Assembly (NCBI GenBank): GCA_037440085.1
Contig: JBBIUT010000002.1
Coordinates: 7,337-71,336 of the forward strand
Length of the DNA stretch: 64,000 nucleotides
DNA from: Gammaproteobacteria bacterium
GTDB taxonomy: Bacteria > Pseudomonadota > Gammaproteobacteria > Steroidobacterales > Steroidobacteraceae
Direction: 5' to 3'
The notes beneath the pieces are model-generated. The model had not been told where the DNA came from. It made no database searches and saw nothing but the letters and a program-made list of their open reading frames with translations. The position numbers and the translations under genes are program-made. The stretch's first letter is position 1, and each line of letters opens with the position of its first letter. Positions 9,361 through 18,111 of the stretch are shown here, piece after piece.

Positions 9361-9669
9361 ATGGCAGGGACACCCCAAATTGCCCAGGCGGCGGACGCAC
9401 CGGCCGGCATGAAGCTCGCCGACCTCGCGACAGGCGCGGTGGCGCGTGTGGTATCGGTATCGGTATCGGCCGCCGACGGAGTAGCCCCCGACATGGGCAG
9501 ACGCCTGGCGGAACTTGGTTTCCTGCCCGGGGAAGCGGTGCGGATCGTCGCACGCGGCCTGGTGGCGCGCGAGCCGATAGCGGTGCGCATTGGCACCGGC
9601 ACCTTCGCATTGCGTTTGTTCGAAGCAGCCTGTATCCGCGTGTGCCCGGAGCAGCCTTTGCTCGGTTAG
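9361..9669 (+). CDS. feoA: Ferrous iron transport protein A
   Basis: Small SH3-like FeoA sequence (LADL..G..A.V..V, GF.PGE.V....). It lies immediately upstream of feoB. An alternative start at ATG 9409 is possible. Confidence 0.75.
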   Translation: MAGTPQIAQAADAPAGMKLADLATGAVARVVSVSVSAADGVAPDMGRRLAELGFLPGEAVRIVARGLVAREPIAVRIGTGTFALRLFEAACIRVCPEQPLLG

Positions 9670-9673
9670 ATTC

Positions 9674-11554
9674 ATGAAGGCTCTGACCGGTGCGCACCCC
9701 AGCCCCTTGATCGCATTGGTCGGCAACCCCAATTGCGGCAAGACCGCCCTGTTCAATGTCCTGACCGGCAGCCGGCAAAAGGTCGCGAACTACGCCGGCG
9801 TCACGATCGAACGCAAGGAAGGCTCTCTTCTCACGCCGTCAGGGCGGCGGGTGCGCGTCCTCGATCTGCCGGGTGCCTACAGCCTCGATCCGTCGACGCC
9901 CGACGAAGAGATCACCGCCGATGTATTGCTCGGGCGGTGCAGCGGCGAAACGGCGCCCGATTTCGTGGTCTGTGTGGCGGACGCGACCAATCTGCGCCAG
10001 AATTTGCGCCTGGTGCTTTCCCTCAAGCGCTTGGGCCTGCCGATGGTCGTCGCGCTGAACATGACGGACATCGCGCGCCGCAAAGGCATCATCGTCGATG
10101 CGCCGCGTCTGGCAGCCGAACTCGGCGTACCGGTGGTCGAAACCATCGGCATCAAAGCGTCGGGAGCGGGCGCCTTGATCAAGGTTCTGGACGCGCTGGA
10201 AATTCCGGCGCACTCTCCCCCCAAGGGGCCGTGGCGCACTCCCGAGCCCGTCGATATCGAGCGCGATCAGGCCGAAGTGCGCAGAATCTTGAGTGCCGTC
10301 GGCGCCGACCGGCTCGACGGCGTCACCTTCAGCGACAAGGTGGACGCCGTGGTGCTGCATCCGGTGTTGGGGCCGATGGTCCTCGCCTCGATTCTGTTCC
10401 TGGTGTTTCAAGCTGTGTTCGCGTGGGCTCAGATGCCGATGGATGCGATCAAATTCGGCGCGGGCGCATTCGGTGGATTGTTGAACCAAACCCTCCCGGC
10501 GGGGCTGTTCAAGGATTTGCTGGTCAACGGCGTGTTGGCGGGCCTCGGCAGCGTGTTGGTGTTCCTGCCGCAGATCATCATCCTGTTCTTCTTCATATTG
10601 ATGCTCGAGGATTCGGGATATCTGCCGCGCGCCGCATTTTTGCTGGACCGCCTGATGGGCAGCGTTGGACTGTCGGGGCGCGCCTTCATTCCGTTGCTGT
10701 CGAGTTTCGCCTGCGCGATTCCAGGCATCATGGCCACCCGCACCATTCAAAATCCGCGCGATCGGTTGGCGACCATCATGATCGCGCCGTTGATGACATG
10801 CTCGGCGCGCCTGCCGGTGTACGCCTTGATCATCGGCGCATTCATTCCGCGGCGCGCCGTATGGGGCGGCTTGCAGCTGCAGGGTTTGGTCCTGTTCGCG
10901 CTCTATGTTGCCGGAGTCGCGAGCGCAATGGGCGTCGCCTATGTGCTCAAGCGCTTCGGTTCCGGTGCGCGTTTCCAGGCTCTGATGTTGGAGTTGCCGG
11001 CCTATCACTGGCCGAATCCGCGCAATCTGGTCATCGGTTTGTGGCAACGCGTGGAAATCTTCTTGAGCCGTGTCGGCACGATCATTCTCGCGTTAATGGT
11101 GATCTTGTGGGCCCTGAGTTCGTTCCCGGCCCCGCCGCTCGGCGCCCCCGGTCCGGCCATCCAGTACAGTGTTGCGGGGCATTTGGGCGCCTGGCTTGCG
11201 GTGCTGTTCGCGCCCATCGGATTCAATTGGCAGATATCGATCGCGCTGGTGCCGGGGCTCGCGGCTCGCGAGGTCGCGGTGAGCGCCCTCGGCACCGTCT
11301 ATGCCTTGTCCGCCACCGGCACCGATATGAGCGGAGCGCTGACGCCGCTGATCGAGCATTCGTGGAGTTTGGCGACGGCGCTCTCTCTGCTTGCCTGGTA
11401 TGTTTTCGCGCCGCAGTGCCTGGCGACCCTCGCCACCGTCAGGCGCGAAACGAATTCCTGGCGCTACCCGCTCATGATGGCCGGCTACCTTTTTTCGCTG
11501 GCCTATGCGGGATCGTGGATCACCTATCGGATCGCGCTGGCTCTCGGCGGCTGA
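9674..11554 (+). CDS. feoB: Ferrous iron transporter FeoB
   Basis: The N-terminal G domain has GNPNCGKT, DLPG and NMTD, followed by a polytopic membrane domain. ATG 9674 lies 5 nt after the feoA stop. Confidence 0.95.
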   Translation: MKALTGAHPSPLIALVGNPNCGKTALFNVLTGSRQKVANYAGVTIERKEGSLLTPSGRRVRVLDLPGAYSLDPSTPDEEITADVLLGRCSGETAPDFVVCVADATNLRQNLRLVLSLKRLGLPMVVALNMTDIARRKGIIVDAPRLAAELGVPVVETIGIKASGAGALIKVLDALEIPAHSPPKGPWRTPEPVDIERDQAEVRRILSAVGADRLDGVTFSDKVDAVVLHPVLGPMVLASILFLVFQAVFAWAQMPMDAIKFGAGAFGGLLNQTLPAGLFKDLLVNGVLAGLGSVLVFLPQIIILFFFILMLEDSGYLPRAAFLLDRLMGSVGLSGRAFIPLLSSFACAIPGIMATRTIQNPRDRLATIMIAPLMTCSARLPVYALIIGAFIPRRAVWGGLQLQGLVLFALYVAGVASAMGVAYVLKRFGSGARFQALMLELPAYHWPNPRNLVIGLWQRVEIFLSRVGTIILALMVILWALSSFPAPPLGAPGPAIQYSVAGHLGAWLAVLFAPIGFNWQISIALVPGLAAREVAVSALGTVYALSATGTDMSGALTPLIEHSWSLATALSLLAWYVFAPQCLATLATVRRETNSWRYPLMMAGYLFSLAYAGSWITYRIALALGG

Positions 11555-11570
11555 TGGGCACCTCGAAATC

Positions 11571-11873
11571 ATGAACAGATTTCTGGACGTTACCTTGGTG
11601 CTGCTGGCGCTGCTGGCGAGCGGCACGTATGCCCTCTCATCGCTCGGCCCGAAGAGCCTGCGGGCGCGCATGTGGGGGAGGCTGGCGCGCATCGTGGCGC
11701 GTGCGCCCCGGTTCCTGCGGCTGGGTGGACTCGCGCGCGGACTCGATGCGGCCGCCGGCAAGGCGGCGGGTGGTTGCGGCGGTTGCGGCAGCTGCGCTTC
11801 GGATCAGCCGGCTGCCGACTCGCGCGTACCCGAGGTGCGCGTGCCGGTGGCGAGGATCTGCCGACGCGGCTGA
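11571..11873 (+). CDS. Small membrane-anchored Cys-rich protein in the FeoC position
   Basis: 100 aa protein with an N-terminal TM helix (VTLVLLALLASGTYAL) and a GGCGGCGSC motif. It starts 17 nt after the feoB stop. It resembles small proteins found after feoB in other proteobacteria, recalled from memory and not verified. Confidence 0.5.
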   Translation: MNRFLDVTLVLLALLASGTYALSSLGPKSLRARMWGRLARIVARAPRFLRLGGLARGLDAAAGKAAGGCGGCGSCASDQPAADSRVPEVRVPVARICRRG

Positions 11874-12043
11874 TGAGTCTGGGCGAATTCGTGCGCCGCA
11901 CGTATTCGGTCAGCCAGCAAGGTATAGTTGTACGGTATCTCGCGCAGGCGTTCGGATCCGGCAACCGCCGGGCGCAAGCCTTGAGAACCGGGAGCGGGAA
12001 TCTTCCGTGAACCATCACTTCGAGACGCGCCGCGGATCATGGA

Positions 12044-15000
12044 ATGAGCGAAACGACGATTGGAAGCCTGCTCATCGCAAATCGCGGCGAAATCGCCATT
12101 CGCGTCATGCGCGCCGCCACCGAGCTCGGCATTCGCACCGTGGCGATCCACTCGCGCGAAGATCGCTTCTCGCTGCACCGGACCAAGGCCGATGAAAGCT
12201 ATCTGGTCGGCGACGGCAGGGGACCGGTCGAGGCATATCTGGACATTGCCGACATCATTCGCATTGCCATCGAGGCGCGAGTCGACGCCATACATCCCGG
12301 CTACGGATTCTTGTCCGAAAGTCCGGAATTCGCGGAGGCTTGCGCGGCGGCCGGCATCGTATTCATAGGGCCCTTGCCCGGCACCATGCGCAGACTCGGC
12401 AACAAGATCGAGGCACGCAACCTGGCGATGGCGGCCGGCGTTCCGGTGATGCCCGCCACGGCGTCTTTGCCGGCGGGCGAAGCCGAGACTCTCGCGATGG
12501 CCCGCGCCGTGGGTTTTCCGCTCATGCTCAAGGCGAGCTGGGGCGGCGGCGGCCGCGGCATGCGCATCGTCGAGGACGAGCGCGGACTCATCGAGACGGT
12601 GGCGGCCGCCAAGCGCGAAGCAAAGGCCGCCTTCGGCAAGGACGAGGTCTACTTCGAGAAGCTCATCAGACGCGCCCGGCACGTGGAAGTGCAAATCATG
12701 GGCGATGCGCACGGCAACTTGGTGCATCTGTACGAGCGCGACTGCACCGTGCAACGGCGCAATCAGAAGGTGGTGGAACGCGCCCCGGCTGGTTTTCTCA
12801 CGCACGAGCAACGAGCCGACCTATGCGAGGCGGCCCTCAAGATCGGGCGTGCGGTCGCATATCGCGCCGCGGGGACGGTCGAGTTCCTGCAGGATGCCGA
12901 CACCGGCAAGTTTTATTTCATCGAGGTCAATCCGCGGATCCAGGTCGAGCACACGGTCACGGAGTGCGTGACCGGCATCGATCTGGTCAAGGCGCAAATT
13001 CGGATCGCCGGCGGCGCGAGAATCGGCACGGCGCAGAGCGGGGTGCCGCGGCAAGAGGATATCCGCGTGAACGCTCACGCGCTGCAGTGCCGGGTCACGA
13101 CCGAGGATCCGGAAAACAACTTCGTGCCGGATTACGGCCGCGTGACCGCATATCGTAGCCCCGCCGGCTTCGGCATCCGGCTCGACGCGGGAACCGCTTA
13201 CTCGGGCGCCATCATCACCCGTTTTTACGATTCCCTGCTGGTGAAGGTCACCGCCTGGTCGCCGACCCCGGAGGAGACGATTGCGCGCATGCACCGGGCG
13301 CTGTGGGAGTTTCGAATTCGCGGCGTGGTGACCAATTTGCGCTTTCTGGATCAACTGATCATGCATCCGCGCTTCGCAACTGCGGATTACACCACGCAAT
13401 TCATCGACCAAACCCCTGAGCTATTTCGCACCCCGCCCAAGCGCGACCGGGCGACCCGGCTGTTGAGCTTCATCGGCGAGGTGATCGTCAACGGCAATGC
13501 CGAAGTCAAAGGGCGGGGGCGCAAGCCGCACCTGCCGGTCTTCCCCCGGTTGCCGCGCGTCGAGTTGCCGCCGCCGCCGCCCGGCACTAAACAGAAACTC
13601 GATGAGCTCGGACCCGAGCGATTCGCCGCATGGATGCTGCACGAAAAGCGGGTGCTGGTCACCGACACCAGCATGCGTGATGCGCACCAGTCGCTGCTCG
13701 CGACCCGCTTTAGAACCCACGACATGGCGATGATCGCGCCTTATTACGCGAGCCTTCTGCCGCAATTGTTCTCGGTCGAATGCTGGGGAGGCGCAACCTT
13801 CGATGTGGCGATGAGATATCTCAAGGAGGATCCGTGGGCGCGGCTCGCGAGCTTTCGCGAAGCCATGCCGAATTTGCTGCTGCAAATGTTGTTGCGCTCG
13901 GCGAACGCGGTCGGATACGCCAATTACCCGGACAACGTGGTGCGGCACTTCGTCGCACAGGCGAGCGCGGCCGGAATCGACGTGTTTCGGGTTTTCGACT
14001 GCCTGAATTGGACGGACAACATGAAAGTGGCCATCGAAGCGGTCAGGGCGGCCGATCGGCTCTGCGAGGGGGCGATTTGCTACACCGGCAATCTGTCGAA
14101 CCCGCGGGAGACGAAATACGATCTGCGTTACTACCTCAAGATCGCCAAGGAATTAAAAGCCATGGGCGTTCAGGTGATCGCCATCAAGGACATGGCGGGT
14201 CTGTGCCAGCCGCGGGCGGCCGCCGCCCTGGTAGGCGCGATAAAAAGCGAGGTGGGGCTGCCGGTTCACTTTCATACCCACGACACCAGCGGCATTGCCG
14301 CGGCCAGTGTGCTCGCCGCGATCGAGGCCGGCGCAGATGCGGTCGACGGCGCCATCGACGCCCTCTCGGGGCTTACTTCGCAGCCCAATTTGGGCTCGAT
14401 CGTCGAGGCGCTTAGATTCGCGCCGCGTGATTCGCTGCTGGACCCGGATGCGCTGCGATCGATCTCCGGCTATTGGGAGCAGGTTCGCCACGGCTACGTC
14501 GCCTTCGAAAGCGATATTCGTGCGGGCACCTCGGAGGTCTATATACATGGCATGCCGGGCGGCCAATACACGAACTTGCGCGAGCAAGTGCGCTCTCTCG
14601 GCATCGATGAACATCGCTGGCCCGAGGTGGCGCAGGCCTACTCCCAAGTCAACGAGATGTTCGGCGACATCATCAAGGTCACGCCGACATCCAAGGTCGT
14701 CGGCGACATGGCCCTCACGATGGTTACGAGCGGACTCACGAAGGACGCGGTCCTCGACCCGGCGGTCGACATCGTGTTTCCGGACTCGGTGGTGCAATTG
14801 TTCCGCGGAGAACTTGGCCGGCCTCTCGGGGGATTTCCGCGAGCGCTGCAGAAAAAGGTGCTGGGCGGCGCGGCGCCGCTCACCGCGCGCCCGGGCGAAC
14901 TCTTGCCGCCTGCGGACCTGAACGCGGAACGCGCCGCGGCCGAGACCAAAATCGGCCGGCCGGTCACTGAATTCGAACTGGCCTCGCATCTGATGTATCC

Positions 15001-15496
15001 CAAGGTGTTCTCCGAATACGCGGCCGAGCGCGCAGCGTTCGGCGATGTGAGCACGTTGCCGACCTGCGTGTTCTTCTATGGCATGGAGCCAGGCCAGGAA
15101 ATCAACATCGACCTGGAGCGCGGCAAGACGTTGATCGTCAGGTACGTTACCACCAGCGATGCGCATGACGACGGTACACGCACCGTGTTCTTCGAGTTGA
15201 ATGGTCAGCCGCGCCCGATTCGCGTGGCGGATCGCAGCCAAGTCGCAAAACGGCCGCCGCCGCGCAAGGTAGAGGCCGGCAATTCGAAGCATGTCGGCGC
15301 ACCGATGCCCGGAATCATCAGTACGGTACCGGTGCACGTCGGTCAGCGCCTGGTTCGCGGCGAGGTGTTGGCGACGCTCGAAGCCATGAAGATGGAAACG
15401 ACGGTTCGCGCGGAACGCGACGGCGTGGTCCAAGAGATTTTGGCGAAGCCCGGCCTGCAGGTCGATGCGAAGGATCTGCTCATCGTTTACGAGTAA
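12044..15496 (+). CDS. pyc: Pyruvate carboxylase (single-chain)
   Basis: 1150 aa protein with a biotin carboxylase ATP-grasp N-terminus, a carboxyltransferase TIM domain (HFHTHDTSG) and a C-terminal biotinyl domain (EAMKME). Confidence 0.95.
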   Translation: MSETTIGSLLIANRGEIAIRVMRAATELGIRTVAIHSREDRFSLHRTKADESYLVGDGRGPVEAYLDIADIIRIAIEARVDAIHPGYGFLSESPEFAEACAAAGIVFIGPLPGTMRRLGNKIEARNLAMAAGVPVMPATASLPAGEAETLAMARAVGFPLMLKASWGGGGRGMRIVEDERGLIETVAAAKREAKAAFGKDEVYFEKLIRRARHVEVQIMGDAHGNLVHLYERDCTVQRRNQKVVERAPAGFLTHEQRADLCEAALKIGRAVAYRAAGTVEFLQDADTGKFYFIEVNPRIQVEHTVTECVTGIDLVKAQIRIAGGARIGTAQSGVPRQEDIRVNAHALQCRVTTEDPENNFVPDYGRVTAYRSPAGFGIRLDAGTAYSGAIITRFYDSLLVKVTAWSPTPEETIARMHRALWEFRIRGVVTNLRFLDQLIMHPRFATADYTTQFIDQTPELFRTPPKRDRATRLLSFIGEVIVNGNAEVKGRGRKPHLPVFPRLPRVELPPPPPGTKQKLDELGPERFAAWMLHEKRVLVTDTSMRDAHQSLLATRFRTHDMAMIAPYYASLLPQLFSVECWGGATFDVAMRYLKEDPWARLASFREAMPNLLLQMLLRSANAVGYANYPDNVVRHFVAQASAAGIDVFRVFDCLNWTDNMKVAIEAVRAADRLCEGAICYTGNLSNPRETKYDLRYYLKIAKELKAMGVQVIAIKDMAGLCQPRAAAALVGAIKSEVGLPVHFHTHDTSGIAAASVLAAIEAGADAVDGAIDALSGLTSQPNLGSIVEALRFAPRDSLLDPDALRSISGYWEQVRHGYVAFESDIRAGTSEVYIHGMPGGQYTNLREQVRSLGIDEHRWPEVAQAYSQVNEMFGDIIKVTPTSKVVGDMALTMVTSGLTKDAVLDPAVDIVFPDSVVQLFRGELGRPLGGFPRALQKKVLGGAAPLTARPGELLPPADLNAERAAAETKIGRPVTEFELASHLMYPKVFSEYAAERAAFGDVSTLPTCVFFYGMEPGQEINIDLERGKTLIVRYVTTSDAHDDGTRTVFFELNGQPRPIRVADRSQVAKRPPPRKVEAGNSKHVGAPMPGIISTVPVHVGQRLVRGEVLATLEAMKMETTVRAERDGVVQEILAKPGLQVDAKDLLIVYE

Positions 15497-15823
15497 TCGG
15501 GATACGTTGGGCGGATGCCGCCATCCGGACTATCCGGTCGTGCCGGCCGGTGACCGGAACCTTGACCCATAGCCACCCCTCCGCGATCAGGCAGTGCGGG
15601 TGTTCGCAACAATCATAAATTTTCGGCAACGAAAAAAAATCAGTCGCGGCTGACCAGGAAGTATATCTTGTGTCATTGTTGACCGCGGAGCGCGACGGCT
15701 ACCCAATCGGATCCATTTTACATAAGCCTCCCGCAAAACGTGAACAGCAGGCAAGCCTTAGGATTGTCTATTGTCCCTTAGCTAGGGCGGCGAGCGGCGC
15801 GGCCGAACCAAGTTTGCGTACTG

Positions 15824-17848
15824 ATGCAGATGATCAAAATTATCGCCAGCGAACCAAACGAGAGCGCCTCGCTAATCGAGTTGAATTTGGAGCGGCGGCT
15901 TGATCTCCTCGTCCGCGGCGAATGCAGCGAAGACGAATTTATGGACGAGTTATCGAATCTTCGCGAAGCGGTTCCCGATACAGCGTGGGACGTCGTGGCA
16001 TTACTCGATCAACGATACCGGCGCGGGCAAGTACCCGCCGACTTGTTTCGTTCGATTGAGTCAAGGATCGCGCAGCGCGAGTGCGGGATGCTTGACGACG
16101 GTACGACAATCAGTCTCCATCCCGTTCATGCAGCGCCCAGGGCGATAACACAGCGCTTTGGTCCGGCCGAGAGAAGCGGCATTCCGGCAATACGCGGGCG
16201 CCGCAGCCACAGGCAGACATCCGCTTCCGCGACTCAAGCGAAGCAGTTCGGAGCGCCCGCGCTGCGAACGGATCATCGATCGGCGCCGCCTGCCGTCGAT
16301 ATCGGACGAGTATTGCGAAATCGGTACGTTCTTGAGAGCCGGTTGGGCAGTGGCGGGATGGGTACGGTATTCAAGGCGATGGACCGATACCGGTGCGATC
16401 TGCCGGAAGGCCGCCGCCACGTGGCAATAAAAGTTCTGCATAAGGCAATTGACAGTCGTCCGGAAGTCTTATCGAACCTGCGACGCGAATTTTATTGTGC
16501 GCAGGCGCTTGCGCATCGCAATATTGTCAAGGTATACGAGCTAGATCGGGATGAGGACGTCGCATTTTTTACAATGGAGCTATTGGAGGGGGATCTCTTA
16601 AGCGGCTTGCTTGAGCGGTTGAATCGTCCTTCGATATCCAGATCATGTGCGTGGAAAATCATACTCGAAGTAGCGGCCGGCCTGGCGCACGCGCATGCCT
16701 GCAACGTGGTCCACGCGGATCTTAAGCCGCAAAATATAATGATTATCAAATCAGGCGAAGTGCGCATACTCGACTTCGGTTCCTCTACTGAGTGCGTTCG
16801 TCAACGCTCGAGCGCCGATGACGATCAAGGTCATTCTACGGAATTGACGCCGGCTTACGCTTCCTGCGAACTCCTGGATGGGCAACAAGCCGATCCACGC
16901 GACGATCTATATGCCCTGGCGTGCGTATCGTATGAGTTGCTTGCGGGCGAGCATCCATTTCATGGTCGAAAATCGACTGAGGCGCGAGATCTTGGACTGG
17001 TCGCGCGGCGGCCGCCCGGGCTGACCCGACGACAATGGCAAGCTTTGGCAATGGGTCTTCGTTGGCGTCGGGAAGATCGGTCGATATCGGTTAGCGATTG
17101 GATTGGGAAACTGAACCCGCGCCGGGCGGCGGTCCCGCGATGGGCGGGCCTCATTGATCCAAAAATGGAACCCACGCTTAAGGTATTTTCGCCACGCACC
17201 GCCGTTCTGCTCGGGGCAATAGCGGCGGGCCTAATGATATGGATTTCATTCAGTCGGCCGCCCTTCGAAGGAAGAAGCAGTGTCAATGCCGGCGTTCCGA
17301 ACACCCGGGTGGATACCCCAATCAATAGCGGACCCGCTGCGTGGAACCCAAATGCCTTTTCAAGTTGGAACCCTCTGACGGGATCGATGTTAACGGAACC
17401 TGCCGTGAAAATTGTTCCGTCGGCAGAAATGCCGACACAAACTTTGCGGGCGGTACCGCTGTCAGATACTGAGAGACGCGACACCGGGCGCTCGGCGTTG
17501 CGTGACCAGAAGGGCAATAAGATCAGCATTTCCGCCGATGCCTACAGGATTCGTTCGGGAGAACATTTCGCGGAAATCCATGTCCGTCGCTCCGGTGATT
17601 CTGACGGTGATGCCGGCTTTGTATGGTGGACCGAGCCTTGGTCGGCAAAACCCGGCACCGACTATGTTCCGCAAGCCCGGACAACTCAAATATTGTCCAA
17701 GGACAGGCACATGGTCAGCTTATTCGTCAGAATTATTCCGAATGCAAACAGAAAGCATTCTGCGGTGTTTTACGTTGCCATCGGCGATCCCGGCAACGGC
17801 GCCACTCTGGGCCGCGTTGCACGCGCGGCGATATTACTGCCGCCATAA
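15824..17848 (+). CDS. Transmembrane Hanks-type Ser/Thr protein kinase with C-terminal Calx-beta-like extracytoplasmic domain
   Basis: Kinase motifs are intact: G-loop LGSGGMGTVF, VAIKVL, HADLKPQN, DFGSS and TPAYASCE. One TM helix lies near 17200-17260. The last ~109 aa fit a Calx-beta pattern. The gene is visibly AT-richer than its flanks. Confidence 0.85.
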   Translation: MQMIKIIASEPNESASLIELNLERRLDLLVRGECSEDEFMDELSNLREAVPDTAWDVVALLDQRYRRGQVPADLFRSIESRIAQRECGMLDDGTTISLHPVHAAPRAITQRFGPAERSGIPAIRGRRSHRQTSASATQAKQFGAPALRTDHRSAPPAVDIGRVLRNRYVLESRLGSGGMGTVFKAMDRYRCDLPEGRRHVAIKVLHKAIDSRPEVLSNLRREFYCAQALAHRNIVKVYELDRDEDVAFFTMELLEGDLLSGLLERLNRPSISRSCAWKIILEVAAGLAHAHACNVVHADLKPQNIMIIKSGEVRILDFGSSTECVRQRSSADDDQGHSTELTPAYASCELLDGQQADPRDDLYALACVSYELLAGEHPFHGRKSTEARDLGLVARRPPGLTRRQWQALAMGLRWRREDRSISVSDWIGKLNPRRAAVPRWAGLIDPKMEPTLKVFSPRTAVLLGAIAAGLMIWISFSRPPFEGRSSVNAGVPNTRVDTPINSGPAAWNPNAFSSWNPLTGSMLTEPAVKIVPSAEMPTQTLRAVPLSDTERRDTGRSALRDQKGNKISISADAYRIRSGEHFAEIHVRRSGDSDGDAGFVWWTEPWSAKPGTDYVPQARTTQILSKDRHMVSLFVRIIPNANRKHSAVFYVAIGDPGNGATLGRVARAAILLPP

Positions 17849-18111
17849 ATATATACATCCGTGGGTTCGTTTGTCGGCGAGTCCTCCCGCCGGGACCGTG
17901 GGATCGCCGAGGTCCCCGGTGCTCGCGGCCGTCAATCGGCATCATCCCCGGCGGCGTTTGCGGCCGGCGTTATGGCAAATGGCGATTTGTCTCCGGCAGG
18001 CGCATCACTTGGGGCGCATCGGGGTTATTGACTGACACTGTGTTGAGGTGCGCAATGGCCGCAAATGTCACTCAATGGGTGGCGCAACCGGAACCAAGGT
18101 AGCGGCAAGCA

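Noticed and set aside
9451-9470. Short tandem repeats were checked as possible CRISPR or phase-variation signals. These are (GTATCG)x3 inside feoA, giving VSVSVS, and (GCCGTCC)x3 at 47604-47624 after rpsI.
   Set aside because: They are only three units long, have no spacers and are not repeated elsewhere. They are ordinary microsatellite-scale repeats. No CRISPR-like array exists in the window.
15670-15903. A 77-aa ORF upstream of, and overlapping, the kinase start.
   Set aside because: It has no SD and overlaps the kinase N-terminus out of frame. Its composition is unremarkable and no family resemblance was seen.
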